A stretch of DNA of 31,005 nucleotides from a virus (taxonomy: Duplodnaviria; Caudoviricetes): positions 1 through 31,005 of IMG/VR virus record IMGVR_UViG_3300026546_000014. One strand, given 5' to 3'. The stretch's first letter is position 1. The number at the start of each line of letters is the position of its first letter. The notes beneath the pieces are model-generated. The model searched no databases. It was not told the DNA's origin and worked only from the letters and a program-made list of their open reading frames with translations. Of the stretch, positions 1-7,937 are shown one piece after another. The position numbers and the translations under genes are program-made.

Positions 1-1
1 T

Positions 2-1090
2 GACCTATTTAAATTCACTGTTAAACTTTTCCGTAGTGCTGCTGGAAGAAAACTCAATTCCTTAGAATGTCACGATTTGATGTGTAAAATTGCTGATATT
101 GTAGTTGTTGGTGGTGTGAGAAGATCAGCACTTATATCATTGTCAAATCTTACCGACCAACGAATGAGAAATGCTAAAAAAGGTCAATGGTGGGTGGGTG
201 AACCTCAACGAGCATTGGCCAACAATTCCGTATGTTATACAGAAAAACCTGATATTGGTATTTTTATGGATGAATGGAAATCTTTATATGAATCAAAATC
301 AGGTGAAAGAGGTATTTTTAATCGACAGGCTGCTTTAAAACAATTACCTGAAAGACGAAAAGAATTAGGGTATATTGACTATGGTTGTAATCCTTGCAGT
401 GAGATAGTATTAAGAAGTAAATCATTTTGTAACTTAACAGAGGTTATTATTAGACAAAATGACACACTTGATGATTTATTACGAAAAATAGAAATTGCTA
501 CAATTATCGGAACATTTCAAAGTACATTAACGAAGTTTAGATATTTGTCATCGGCTTGGAAGAGGAATTGTGAAGAAGAGCGCTTGTTGGGGGTGTCATT
601 AACTGGTATAATGGATAACCCAACAATGAATGGGTCTCAAGGACACGATAAATTGAAATTATGGTTGAATGAAATGAGAAACCATGCAATCAAAGTTAAT
701 TCTGAGTGGGCATCTAAATTGGGTATTAATGCCGCATCAGCAATTACTTGTGTCAAACCATCGGGATGTGCAACACTTGATACACAAATTAAAACAACAA
801 AAGGTATTTTATCTTTTGCCGAATTGGCGTATAAGTTTGGTATTCAATCTCACGAAATGGAAGCCGGAAAATGGTTTGATATTGATACTGATATACAAAT
901 ATATGATGAAGATAATCAATTACAAAATATTGAAAAATTTTATATAAATGGTATCGCAGAAATATATGATATCGAAGATGAAGATGGTAATATATATTCT
1001 TTCACAGGAAACCATAAATTATTATTGAAAACTGGTGAATGGAAACAAGTTAAAGATCTAATTGAAGGTGATGAAATAAAAAAATGGTAA
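2..1090 (+). CDS. nrdJ: Class II (adenosylcobalamin-dependent) ribonucleotide reductase, N-terminal fragment fused to N-half of a split intein (5'-partial; frame is open from base 2)
   Basis: VVVGGVRRSA, RALANNS, GERGIFNR, active-site NPCSEI, FCNLTE, RLLGVSLTG and TCVKPSG motifs. The frame continues upstream of the listed start (DLFKFTVKLFRSAAGRKLNSLECHDL). Confidence 0.95.
   Translation, partial: DLFKFTVKLFRSAAGRKLNSLECHDLMCKIADIVVVGGVRRSALISLSNLTDQRMRNAKKGQWWVGEPQRALANNSVCYTEKPDIGIFMDEWKSLYESKSGERGIFNRQAALKQLPERRKELGYIDYGCNPCSEIVLRSKSFCNLTEVIIRQNDTLDDLLRKIEIATIIGTFQSTLTKFRYLSSAWKRNCEEERLLGVSLTGIMDNPTMNGSQGHDKLKLWLNEMRNHAIKVNSEWASKLGINAASAITCVKPSGCATLDTQIKTTKGILSFAELAYKFGIQSHEMEAGKWFDIDTDIQIYDEDNQLQNIEKFYINGIAEIYDIEDEDGNIYSFTGNHKLLLKTGEWKQVKDLIEGDEIKKW
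767..1090 (+). mobile_element. Split intein N-fragment (IntN, 107 aa)
   Basis: Starts with Cys right after TCVKPSG (block A CATLDTQIKT), has block B FTGNHKLL (TxxH), ends GEWKQVKDLIEGDEIKKW-stop. Acidic overall. Confidence 0.93.
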
Positions 1091-1190
1091 TATTAACCCA
1101 ATCTTACAAATATACAAAAAATAACAAAAAATAAAAAGTTTAGAGGAATATATTAAAGAAAATCCTCAATATAAAAGAGGTAGAATATGA
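1084..1190 (+). pseudogene. Probable internally deleted remnant of a gene (homing endonuclease-like) between the split-intein halves
   Basis: ATG at 1084 overlaps the IntN end (MVILTQSYKYTKNNKK-stop). A second frame reads QKIKSLEEYIKENPQYKRGRI and stops at TGA 1188-1190, overlapping the IntC ATG. Confidence 0.45.
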
Positions 1191-1294
1191 AAATTAAATC
1201 GATTAATAAAAGAAAATCACCAGAATTAACAGTGGACATTCAAGTTGGAGGGAGTCATACATACCAATTAAGTAATGGATGGGTGTCACATAAT
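1187..1294 (+). mobile_element. Split intein C-fragment (IntC, 36 aa), +1 residue Thr
   Basis: Basic MKIKSINKRK start, block F TVDIQV..HTY, block G NGWVSHN followed by Thr. Confidence 0.93.
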
Positions 1295-1858
1295 ACGGTA
1301 TCTCAATTGGTGGATTCATCATCTGGTATACATCCAAGATTTTCACCATATTACATCAGAACAATCAGAGCCGATAAAAAAGACCCAATTGCAAGAATGA
1401 TGGTTGACAAAAATTTTCCAGTAGAGGATGATGTGATGAAGCCTGATTCTGGATATGTTTTTTCATTCCCCATCAAATCACCAGAGGGTTCAGTTTTTAC
1501 AAATGATAGAACCGCAATAGAGCAATTGGAATTATGGAAAATATATCAAGAGGAGTATTGTGAACATAAACCTTCAATCACAGTCTATGTTGATGAGCAT
1601 GAATGGCTTGAAGTTGGTGCATGGGTTTATCGTAATTTTGATATGATTAGTGGTGTGTCATTTCTCCCCAAAGAGAATAGTACATATCAACAGGCTCCCT
1701 ATCAAGAATGTACAAAAGAAGAATATGAAGAATTTATCAGTAAAATGCCAAAGAATATCGATTGGACTGATTTGGCTGAGTATGAGAAAGAGGATTTAAC
1801 TGAAACAAATAAAGAATTCGCCTGTACTGGAAATAAATGTGAATGGAATGGGAATTAA
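1187..1858 (+). CDS. nrdJ: Split intein C-fragment fused to C-terminal fragment of class II ribonucleotide reductase
   Basis: 36-aa IntC ending VSHN, then TVSQLVDSSSGIHPRFSPYYIRT, EHKPSITVYV, SGVSFLP, YQQAPYQEC and the C-terminal redox pair CTGNKC. SD-like GAGG upstream. Confidence 0.95.
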   Translation: MKIKSINKRKSPELTVDIQVGGSHTYQLSNGWVSHNTVSQLVDSSSGIHPRFSPYYIRTIRADKKDPIARMMVDKNFPVEDDVMKPDSGYVFSFPIKSPEGSVFTNDRTAIEQLELWKIYQEEYCEHKPSITVYVDEHEWLEVGAWVYRNFDMISGVSFLPKENSTYQQAPYQECTKEEYEEFISKMPKNIDWTDLAEYEKEDLTETNKEFACTGNKCEWNGN

Positions 1859-1927
1859 TTCTTGACTTTTTAAATTTTCCGTGTGATGATAGAAAAAAAT
1901 CCCTTAACCGAGAATAGGAGAATAAAT

Positions 1928-2206
1928 ATGTTTAATGATGTTGAATATGTCCAAGCCAAAACTGGTTCCGAAATTTCACGAGAACTCAATGTATCAAGGC
2001 AGGCAGTATCACAAATTCTGAAACGAGCCATTGTAAAGGTTTATGAAAATCTTCTTTTTGAGAATATTTGTGATACACCAACGGATGCAATTCTATATAT
2101 GAGAAATTGGTTTGGAGTGGAAGAGGAAGAGGATATTCAACAATTTTATGATTTATTCCCGAAAAGAATTAAGGATGAAATATTAAATGATTCAAGAATT
2201 AATTAA
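1928..2206 (+). CDS. Helix-turn-helix DNA-binding protein (sigma region 4-like HTH)
   Basis: GSEISRELNVSRQAVSQILKRA. ATG 1928 follows SD AGGAG; TTGACT box at 1862. Confidence 0.7.
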   Translation: MFNDVEYVQAKTGSEISRELNVSRQAVSQILKRAIVKVYENLLFENICDTPTDAILYMRNWFGVEEEEDIQQFYDLFPKRIKDEILNDSRIN

Positions 2207-2384
2207 ACTGGAAAATTGTCAATCACCAAAAACATCACTTTGTCGAAATTGTGAGTTTTGTATTGTATTTGACGGTATAAGAGAATGCGAATATGATAGA
2301 TTTAATCCTGTTGATGTGAAAAAATCTATGTTATATACACCAATAGAATTTGATTGTTTGGATTATATAAAAAGAGAAAATTAA
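2187..2384 (+). CDS. Small Cys-rich hypothetical protein
   Basis: Tightly packed ORF with CRNCEFC and further Cys residues. Confidence 0.55.
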   Translation: MIQELIKLENCQSPKTSLCRNCEFCIVFDGIRECEYDRFNPVDVKKSMLYTPIEFDCLDYIKREN

Positions 2385-2884
2385 TGATTGATGTTGATGA
2401 AAGTGAATATTACAATGACATAAAAGATGATATCACATCAATGATAATAGAGTTTTATTTTTATTCACTTAAAAATTCTTTTGATGGATTTAATTTTAAT
2501 GACTCATTTGAATTATTAAAAAAGGCATTGGAAAAAAAACTCAATGACCATGCTCTATTAACATTTGATGATTTCGCCAAGAAAAATGGGTATAATATAG
2601 TAAATGACGAATTAATAAAATTTAATTTTGAACAAGAAGATTTTACTTATACGGAATTATATAATTTTTATGTAAATCGTAATTTGAAATTTAAGAATAA
2701 CCCAATTTTTTGGAGGATGAAGATTTTAGTAAAAAGGTTGTCATCTCATAGAAAATTGTCACTCGAAGAAAAAATAATATTATTTGATGATGTGATTCAT
2801 TGTTATCATCTGGCTGGTGGATTATTTGAATTTGTTGATACAGAACAATGTAAGAAGGATGCATATGAAATGTTCACAAACTAA
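2384..2884 (+). CDS. Hypothetical protein
   Basis: ATG overlaps the previous TAA; HCYH motif near the C-terminus. Confidence 0.6.
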   Translation: MIDVDESEYYNDIKDDITSMIIEFYFYSLKNSFDGFNFNDSFELLKKALEKKLNDHALLTFDDFAKKNGYNIVNDELIKFNFEQEDFTYTELYNFYVNRNLKFKNNPIFWRMKILVKRLSSHRKLSLEEKIILFDDVIHCYHLAGGLFEFVDTEQCKKDAYEMFTN

Positions 2885-3101
2885 AAAAATCTATCAATTC
2901 AAAAATAAAATAAAAAATCTCCAAATATGGCCGCGAAGTTTCGTGGCCATATCTTTATCTAGTGCAATAGAAATGGCGAGAGAGTGGGAACAAGAGATGA
3001 ACAAAGCAAATGATAATGTCCCACACTTACTGTTCACATTTGATTATGAAAATGTTAATATAGTTGATACTGATATTGAAGATGAAGGATATCTTGAATG
3101 A
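2865..3101 (+). CDS. Hypothetical protein
   Basis: ATG after AAGGA; ATGA overlap with the next gene. Confidence 0.55.
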   Translation: MKCSQTKKIYQFKNKIKNLQIWPRSFVAISLSSAIEMAREWEQEMNKANDNVPHLLFTFDYENVNIVDTDIEDEGYLE

Positions 3102-3412
3102 CAGAGGTGATTAACATTAAAAATGCACCATATGGATGGGAAGATGATCCGAAATATGTGTATATTGGACGGGCAGGAAGAGGGTTTGATGGATATTTTG
3201 GTAATCCGATTCCTTTGAAAGGTAAAAAAAGAGGACAGACATTAGAACTATTTAGAAGTTATGTTGTAAATAGACTTGAAACGGACGAAGAATACCGCCA
3301 GAAGGTGATGGAATTAAAAGACAAGGTATTGGTATGTTTTTGTAAACCTCATCCCTGTCACGGTGATATTTTAGCCTATTATGCAGAGAAATTATGTCAG
3401 AACGATACCTAA
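3098..3412 (+). CDS. DUF4326-family protein
   Basis: VYIGR..G.FGNP and LVCFCKPHPCHGDIL signatures. Confidence 0.85.
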   Translation: MTEVINIKNAPYGWEDDPKYVYIGRAGRGFDGYFGNPIPLKGKKRGQTLELFRSYVVNRLETDEEYRQKVMELKDKVLVCFCKPHPCHGDILAYYAEKLCQNDT

Positions 3413-4425
3413 TAGAAGAGTTTTTATACTCAAATTGCAATAAGGTCAAACGAAATGGTGACGGATATGTATTGCGATGCCCAGTTTGTGGTGATTCCAA
3501 GAAAAATCCCAATAAAAGAAGGTGTCATGTAGATTATTATTCCAAATATGATGAATGGATATACACTTGTTATAATGGGGATTGTCCAGCACCATCAGGA
3601 AATATTCAATCATTATATGCTCATGTTTTAGGTGTGTCGTGGAAAGAGGCAAATAAGGCATTAAATGAATCGAAATATGACAAAAAGAAACTCTTAGATA
3701 GGCTCGATAATAAAAAATATGTTGATGAAAACGACGAACCACAAGGTGTTTTGGATTTAAATTTTAATGACTGTTTAACATTAGATCAAACTCCAAATGG
3801 TCGAATACAAGAAAGGTATCATCAAAGATTAAAGCAATTTTATATTGATAGACATATACCATTAAGACGAAATATTATGGTATGTCATTCTGGTAAATAT
3901 AAAAATAGGTTTATCATTCCAGTATATGAGAATGGTGAGTTGATATATTTTCAGGGTAGATCGATGGATGGTAATGTGGAACCGAAATACCTCAACCCTG
4001 TGGTGTTCAAAGAAGACATTATATTAAATAAAGATTGTTTTGATGAGGACCAATTTATAATTATTACAGAAGGTTTGATTGATGCGTTTATGGTGGAAAA
4101 TGACCAAGGTACAACCTGTTTGGGTGCATCAATATCGGATGATTTTCTAGAAAAAATACTATCTTTTTCTAGAAAGATTATCATTTCACTCGATAACCCA
4201 ATGATAGACAAATCAAGTTGTACCAATTATATGAAAATTATTAATCATTCTAAGTATTCAAAATTATTGAGATATTTTTTCATGCCGAATGAAAATCTTA
4301 AAGATTTAAATGATTTAAGACTCCACAATAAAAAATTGAATATATATGAATACATAGTTGATAATTCGGTTGGACATTTTAAAGCATCCATAACAATAAA
4401 AAATCATTACAAAAAGTATAAATAA
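3394..4425 (+). CDS. DNA primase (T4 gp61-like)
   Basis: Zn ribbon RCPVCGDS...CYNGDC, RFIIP, FQGR, PKYLN, TOPRIM TEGLIDA, KDLND. Confidence 0.9.
   Translation: MSERYLIEEFLYSNCNKVKRNGDGYVLRCPVCGDSKKNPNKRRCHVDYYSKYDEWIYTCYNGDCPAPSGNIQSLYAHVLGVSWKEANKALNESKYDKKKLLDRLDNKKYVDENDEPQGVLDLNFNDCLTLDQTPNGRIQERYHQRLKQFYIDRHIPLRRNIMVCHSGKYKNRFIIPVYENGELIYFQGRSMDGNVEPKYLNPVVFKEDIILNKDCFDEDQFIIITEGLIDAFMVENDQGTTCLGASISDDFLEKILSFSRKIIISLDNPMIDKSSCTNYMKIINHSKYSKLLRYFFMPNENLKDLNDLRLHNKKLNIYEYIVDNSVGHFKASITIKNHYKKYK
4417..4424 (+). promoter_or_regulatory. T4-type late promoter
   Basis: TATAAATA 38 nt upstream of ATG 4462. Confidence 0.55.
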
Positions 4426-4461
4426 TACCATAATGTGATTGTTTTGTTATGGAGGAATAAA

Positions 4462-4917
4462 ATGAAAATTACAAAAATGGGAACTGATTATGTTCGTATC
4501 AATGAAGTTACGATGGGCAACGAACTTATAACATCAATTCCGAGAATACATATAATTAAATTAGATTTCAAAGAACCAACAAAAGAAAAAGTAGATTATG
4601 TATTAAGTACATTTAAATCGACAAATAGATTTGTTATTGATGATAATATTAGATTTTATAATAATATGTTGAGAGATACAAATAAAAAATATTATATAGC
4701 AAACACTGTTGAAGATAGATTAATTACATTTTTTAAGAGGAACAACAAAGTATTATTAGATACAACAATATTAAATCCATTAGAAAAGGCATTTGTATTT
4801 TCTGTTGCATTAGAAGATGTACTATTTAACACAGAAGTAATGATCGTAAATTCAAAAAATTATAAAGAAAATCCAGAACCATTTAATAATTGGTCTGGAA
4901 ATTTGATATTAGTATAA
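4462..4917 (+). CDS. Hypothetical protein
   Basis: ATG after SD GGAGG; long ORF. Confidence 0.65.
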   Translation: MKITKMGTDYVRINEVTMGNELITSIPRIHIIKLDFKEPTKEKVDYVLSTFKSTNRFVIDDNIRFYNNMLRDTNKKYYIANTVEDRLITFFKRNNKVLLDTTILNPLEKAFVFSVALEDVLFNTEVMIVNSKNYKENPEPFNNWSGNLILV

Positions 4918-4931
4918 TAGGACAATAATTT

Positions 4932-5759
4932 GTGAGTAAAAATATATTGGCATTGGGCCCGTTTATCGGCTCATTTGAACAAGAGATATTAACATTTCGA
5001 CCATATATGAGGTGGATAGAATTAAATACTGATACTAAACAAGTATTCTATTCTTCTCATTTTAATCGGAAGTTCTTATATCCACAAGTATCTAATAAAA
5101 AATTTAAACCTGTATACAAACAATTAACACGACAAGAAATACATCAGTCGGGATATAGTCATAAAGATGTCGATCAACACGATTTTATGGGTATAATAAG
5201 GAAATATAAAGATAATATTTCAACACAGATGGGATGTATTAAGAAAAACATTAATCAACAATCACTTCCATATGTTAAGTACATTTCACCAATCTCAGTT
5301 TACCATAAAATCTTTGAGCCGATAAAAGTTCCATTGGCCAAACGAAAGGGATATGTAGTTTTTATTCCAGATATCTCGATGACAGAAGATGATGCATTAA
5401 TTGTATTTGATTATCTTAATTCCACTTGTAAATTTGCTGTTGTTGGTGATATGAAGTGTCATTTACCAGAAAGTAACGAGATATTACAGGATATAGATTA
5501 TTTACAGACTGGATACCAGAAAATAGTTACGGCCATCACAAATGCCAAAGCAGTTATAACACCTTGTTCACATTGGACTGTTATATCAAATTTACAAAAT
5601 GTACCTGTATTGTCTTGGGGTGAAAATGTCGGACAATATAGGGTTGATGGTATATATAATTTTAATAATAAAAACTCTAAAATAATATATCACAGCAAAG
5701 ATGGAAATGTGAGAAACTTATTAAAACAAATAGATAGTTATTTACGGGAGATATTGTAA
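4932..5759 (+). CDS. Glycosyltransferase family 9-like (GT-B) protein
   Basis: N-terminal GPFIGSFEQE; C-terminal ITNAKAVITPCSHWTVISNLQNVPVLSWG resembles the GT9 nucleotide-sugar domain. Confidence 0.5.
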   Translation: MSKNILALGPFIGSFEQEILTFRPYMRWIELNTDTKQVFYSSHFNRKFLYPQVSNKKFKPVYKQLTRQEIHQSGYSHKDVDQHDFMGIIRKYKDNISTQMGCIKKNINQQSLPYVKYISPISVYHKIFEPIKVPLAKRKGYVVFIPDISMTEDDALIVFDYLNSTCKFAVVGDMKCHLPESNEILQDIDYLQTGYQKIVTAITNAKAVITPCSHWTVISNLQNVPVLSWGENVGQYRVDGIYNFNNKNSKIIYHSKDGNVRNLLKQIDSYLREIL

Positions 5760-5760
5760 A

Positions 5761-5947
5761 GTGCCGATTTATGAATTTTGTTGTCCGGCCTGTGGGGTCA
5801 AGGAACGATTGTTAAAAATGGAAAACTCAAATCTACAGCAATTAACTTGTGAGGATTGTGGTAGATTGATGATAAAAATACCCAGTATCGACATTTGAAT
5901 TGAAAGGTGGAGGTTGGTATGAATCTGGATATTCAAAGTCAACATAA
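5761..5947 (+). pseudogene. FmdB-family zinc-ribbon gene with a frameshift at about 5890
   Basis: GTG-PIYEFCCPACG...CEDCG..MIKIPSI stops at 5898; the family tail TFELKGGGWYESGY continues in the +1 frame to TAA 5947. Confidence 0.75.
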
Positions 5948-6164
5948 TTACGATGATTGGGATTTTGCTGTGGTGAAATGTGAAAAATGTGGATTAGATT
6001 CAATTGTTTTTATATATAAAGACCATTATACAGCAGATGAACAAATAAAATACATATGTGATGCAACTGATTATGTTGTTGACAGTGAAAATGGTGGGTT
6101 TAATTGTGAAAATTGTAGCAAAGATAATATGTTAAAAGGAGAAGACTATAATGCCGTGGTGTGA
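5919..6164 (+). CDS. Zinc-ribbon hypothetical protein
   Basis: CEKC...CENC; SD GGAGG. Confidence 0.6.
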   Translation: MNLDIQSQHNYDDWDFAVVKCEKCGLDSIVFIYKDHYTADEQIKYICDATDYVVDSENGGFNCENCSKDNMLKGEDYNAVV

Positions 6165-6411
6165 TATTATTTGTCATGATTGCAAAATAATCAAAGAAGA
6201 TGTAAATTTAAAATATGGGGAACAGCCGACAGAGGTTTGCCCAGAATGTGGAAAACCAATGACAAAAAAGGTTGGTTTTGGTTCATTTGAATTGAAATAT
6301 AATAATAAAACTGATATGTGTGATTGGACGGGGGAAACATCTCAGTATTGGAAGGCATATAAAGAGGCCAAGGCAAGGGGGGAAAATGTCAAACCAGCAG
6401 ATGAAGATTGA
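6151..6411 (+). CDS. FmdB-like zinc-ribbon protein
   Basis: MPWCDIICHDC...CPECGKPMTKKVGFGSFELK. Confidence 0.7.
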   Translation: MPWCDIICHDCKIIKEDVNLKYGEQPTEVCPECGKPMTKKVGFGSFELKYNNKTDMCDWTGETSQYWKAYKEAKARGENVKPADED

Positions 6412-6766
6412 TATAACCTACACATATAAGTGTAAAATTGTCAGAATAATTGACGGTGACACCATTGTCTGTAACATTGACCTTGGATTTGGTACTTGGA
6501 TACACGATGAGCATGTAAGATTAGCTAGGATAAATACTCCTGAGACCCGTACCAAAGATTTGAATGAGAAGCGAAGAGGGTACGAAGCGAAGCAGTTTAC
6601 CGAAGATATTATTTATTCGTCATCAGAGATAAGATTAAAAACATACAAAGATCACGGGAAATATGGAAGATATGTTGCCGATGTATTTGTAAAATTTGGT
6701 GACAATTGGATATGTGTTAATGATAGATTGGTCGAATCTCGTAATGCCGAATATGTAGAATATTAG
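6401..6766 (+). CDS. Thermonuclease (SNase-like) protein
   Basis: RIIDGDT, VRLARINTPE, GKYGRYVA. Confidence 0.9.
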   Translation: MKIDITYTYKCKIVRIIDGDTIVCNIDLGFGTWIHDEHVRLARINTPETRTKDLNEKRRGYEAKQFTEDIIYSSSEIRLKTYKDHGKYGRYVADVFVKFGDNWICVNDRLVESRNAEYVEY

Positions 6767-6796
6767 TTTACATTCTTTGATGTTATATGGTATCAT
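6767..6796 (+). promoter_or_regulatory. Sigma70-type promoter
   Basis: TTTACA, 18-bp spacer ending TGG, then TATCAT (extended -10). Confidence 0.55.
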
Positions 6797-6825
6797 TGTC
6801 TTTACTGAAAAATAGGAGGCGTGAT

Positions 6826-7014
6826 ATGGATAAAGTTGATATTTCTGTATGTGTACGACCGTATTATCATGATGTGGTTGATAAAATTAAACGAAAACCA
6901 GTATTTAATTCGAAAACACAAAAGCATTATGTAAAATACAAAAATAAAAAGTTTGATTTAGATAAAAGAAGTGAAGGATATTATATTTGGGTGGACGATA
7001 ATGGAGAGGAATAA
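6826..7014 (+). CDS. Hypothetical protein
   Basis: ATG after AGGAGG. Confidence 0.6.
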   Translation: MDKVDISVCVRPYYHDVVDKIKRKPVFNSKTQKHYVKYKNKKFDLDKRSEGYYIWVDDNGEE

Positions 7015-7165
7015 AAATTATACAAAAGATGGAATATTCATAATTGTCGAGGGACAAGAATATCCATTATTAAAAACATCCAATAAAATGGCGTTTTATA
7101 TGAAAGATGATGAAATAAAACGCATAAAAATAGAAAAAGTTAACATAAAGGAAGGAGGAGAATAA
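7001..7165 (+). CDS. Hypothetical protein
   Basis: Packed ORF overlapping the previous gene. Confidence 0.5.
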   Translation: MERNKNYTKDGIFIIVEGQEYPLLKTSNKMAFYMKDDEIKRIKIEKVNIKEGGE

Positions 7166-7166
7166 T

Positions 7167-7313
7167 ATGCCAAGACGAGATGGAACAGGCCCACAAGGTA
7201 AAGGTGCGGGAACAGGTGCAGGATCGGGTTTTTGTAGACCAACCCCAACCCCAGGATGTGCAACACAAGGACACGGTAGAGGGAATGGAAATGGTAGAGG
7301 TGGAAGACGATGA
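7167..7313 (+). CDS. DUF5320-like Gly/Arg-rich small protein (48 aa, not in ORF track)
   Basis: MPRRDGTGPQGKGAGTGAGSGFCRPTPTPGCATQGHGRGNGNGRGGRR; strong SD AAGGAGG. Confidence 0.8.
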   Translation: MPRRDGTGPQGKGAGTGAGSGFCRPTPTPGCATQGHGRGNGNGRGGRR

Positions 7314-7579
7314 TTAGTATGTATTTGTGTTTCATACTATTTGGATTGGCGATGTTTATTTTAGGAATAATATGCTTTCCATTAATATTATTTTTAAGAG
7401 CACGGAAGGATGATAATTGGGATGATTCCAATATGACCAATATTATTAGACTTGTTGCTCATATCGCTACTCATCCAGGAGATTTCGGAAAAATGCAATA
7501 TGAAGATGGTACTAAACCATTTTGGTATTTGGATAAAGACGAGTTTTCTGATGTTGTAAAAACACGACCAAAAGATTAA
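7310..7579 (+). CDS. Hypothetical membrane protein
   Basis: N-terminal hydrophobic segment; ATGA overlap. Confidence 0.6.
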   Translation: MISMYLCFILFGLAMFILGIICFPLILFLRARKDDNWDDSNMTNIIRLVAHIATHPGDFGKMQYEDGTKPFWYLDKDEFSDVVKTRPKD

Positions 7580-7588
7580 TTTTTTTGG

Positions 7589-7617
7589 TTGACAAATATA
7601 CAATCATGATGTATACT
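7589..7617 (+). promoter_or_regulatory. Sigma70-type promoter
   Basis: TTGACA-17-TATACT. Confidence 0.8.
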
Positions 7618-7623
7618 GTTAAT

Positions 7624-7860
7624 CAAATGGTGGTGAGGATCTTAAATATTGGCGCCGATATATAAGAACTTTTCCCGTTTTCTGGCCAAAAACAAAATAC
7701 ATAGGAACCCTTGTTCGAAAACTAATGGTTAGGAGATTACAAGGTTAAAAAATTCTTACCTGTTTATAGAGAACATATATTAGACTATTAGAGAATTGCT
7801 AGAGAATTATTATGTAGTACAATACAAAGGGATGTATCATTTTTTGGTACATCCCTTTTA
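7624..7860 (+). ncRNA. Candidate structured small RNA
   Basis: Bounded by a promoter and a terminator; only very short ATG-initiated ORFs; GGTGAGGAT (7632-7640) can pair with ATTCTTACC (7752-7760). Confidence 0.45.
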
Positions 7861-7864
7861 GTTT
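7826..7864 (+). terminator. Rho-independent terminator
   Basis: AAAGGGATGTA...TACATCCCTTT stem followed by T-rich tail. Confidence 0.75.
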
Positions 7865-7867
7865 ATC

Positions 7868-7895
7868 TTGACAAATCACGAAATTATGTTATCAT
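7868..7895 (+). promoter_or_regulatory. Sigma70-type promoter
   Basis: TTGACA-16-TATCAT with extended TG. Confidence 0.6.
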
Positions 7896-7937
7896 ACAAA
7901 AAACAATCGATATCAAAAACCTCAGAAGAGAATTGAC

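Noticed and set aside
1088-1190. Group I intron or simple frameshift splitting nrdJ
   Set aside because: The spacer is only 96 bp with no intron core, and both flanks carry clear intein blocks and a separate SD/ATG.
7096-7440. Minus-strand membrane protein
   Set aside because: The region is better explained by plus-strand ORFs 7167-7313 and 7310-7579, which have an SD and an ATGA overlap.
7620-7860. tRNA or CRISPR mini-array
   Set aside because: No cloverleaf around the GTTCGAA at about 7713, and the repeats are only 7 bp without spacer periodicity.
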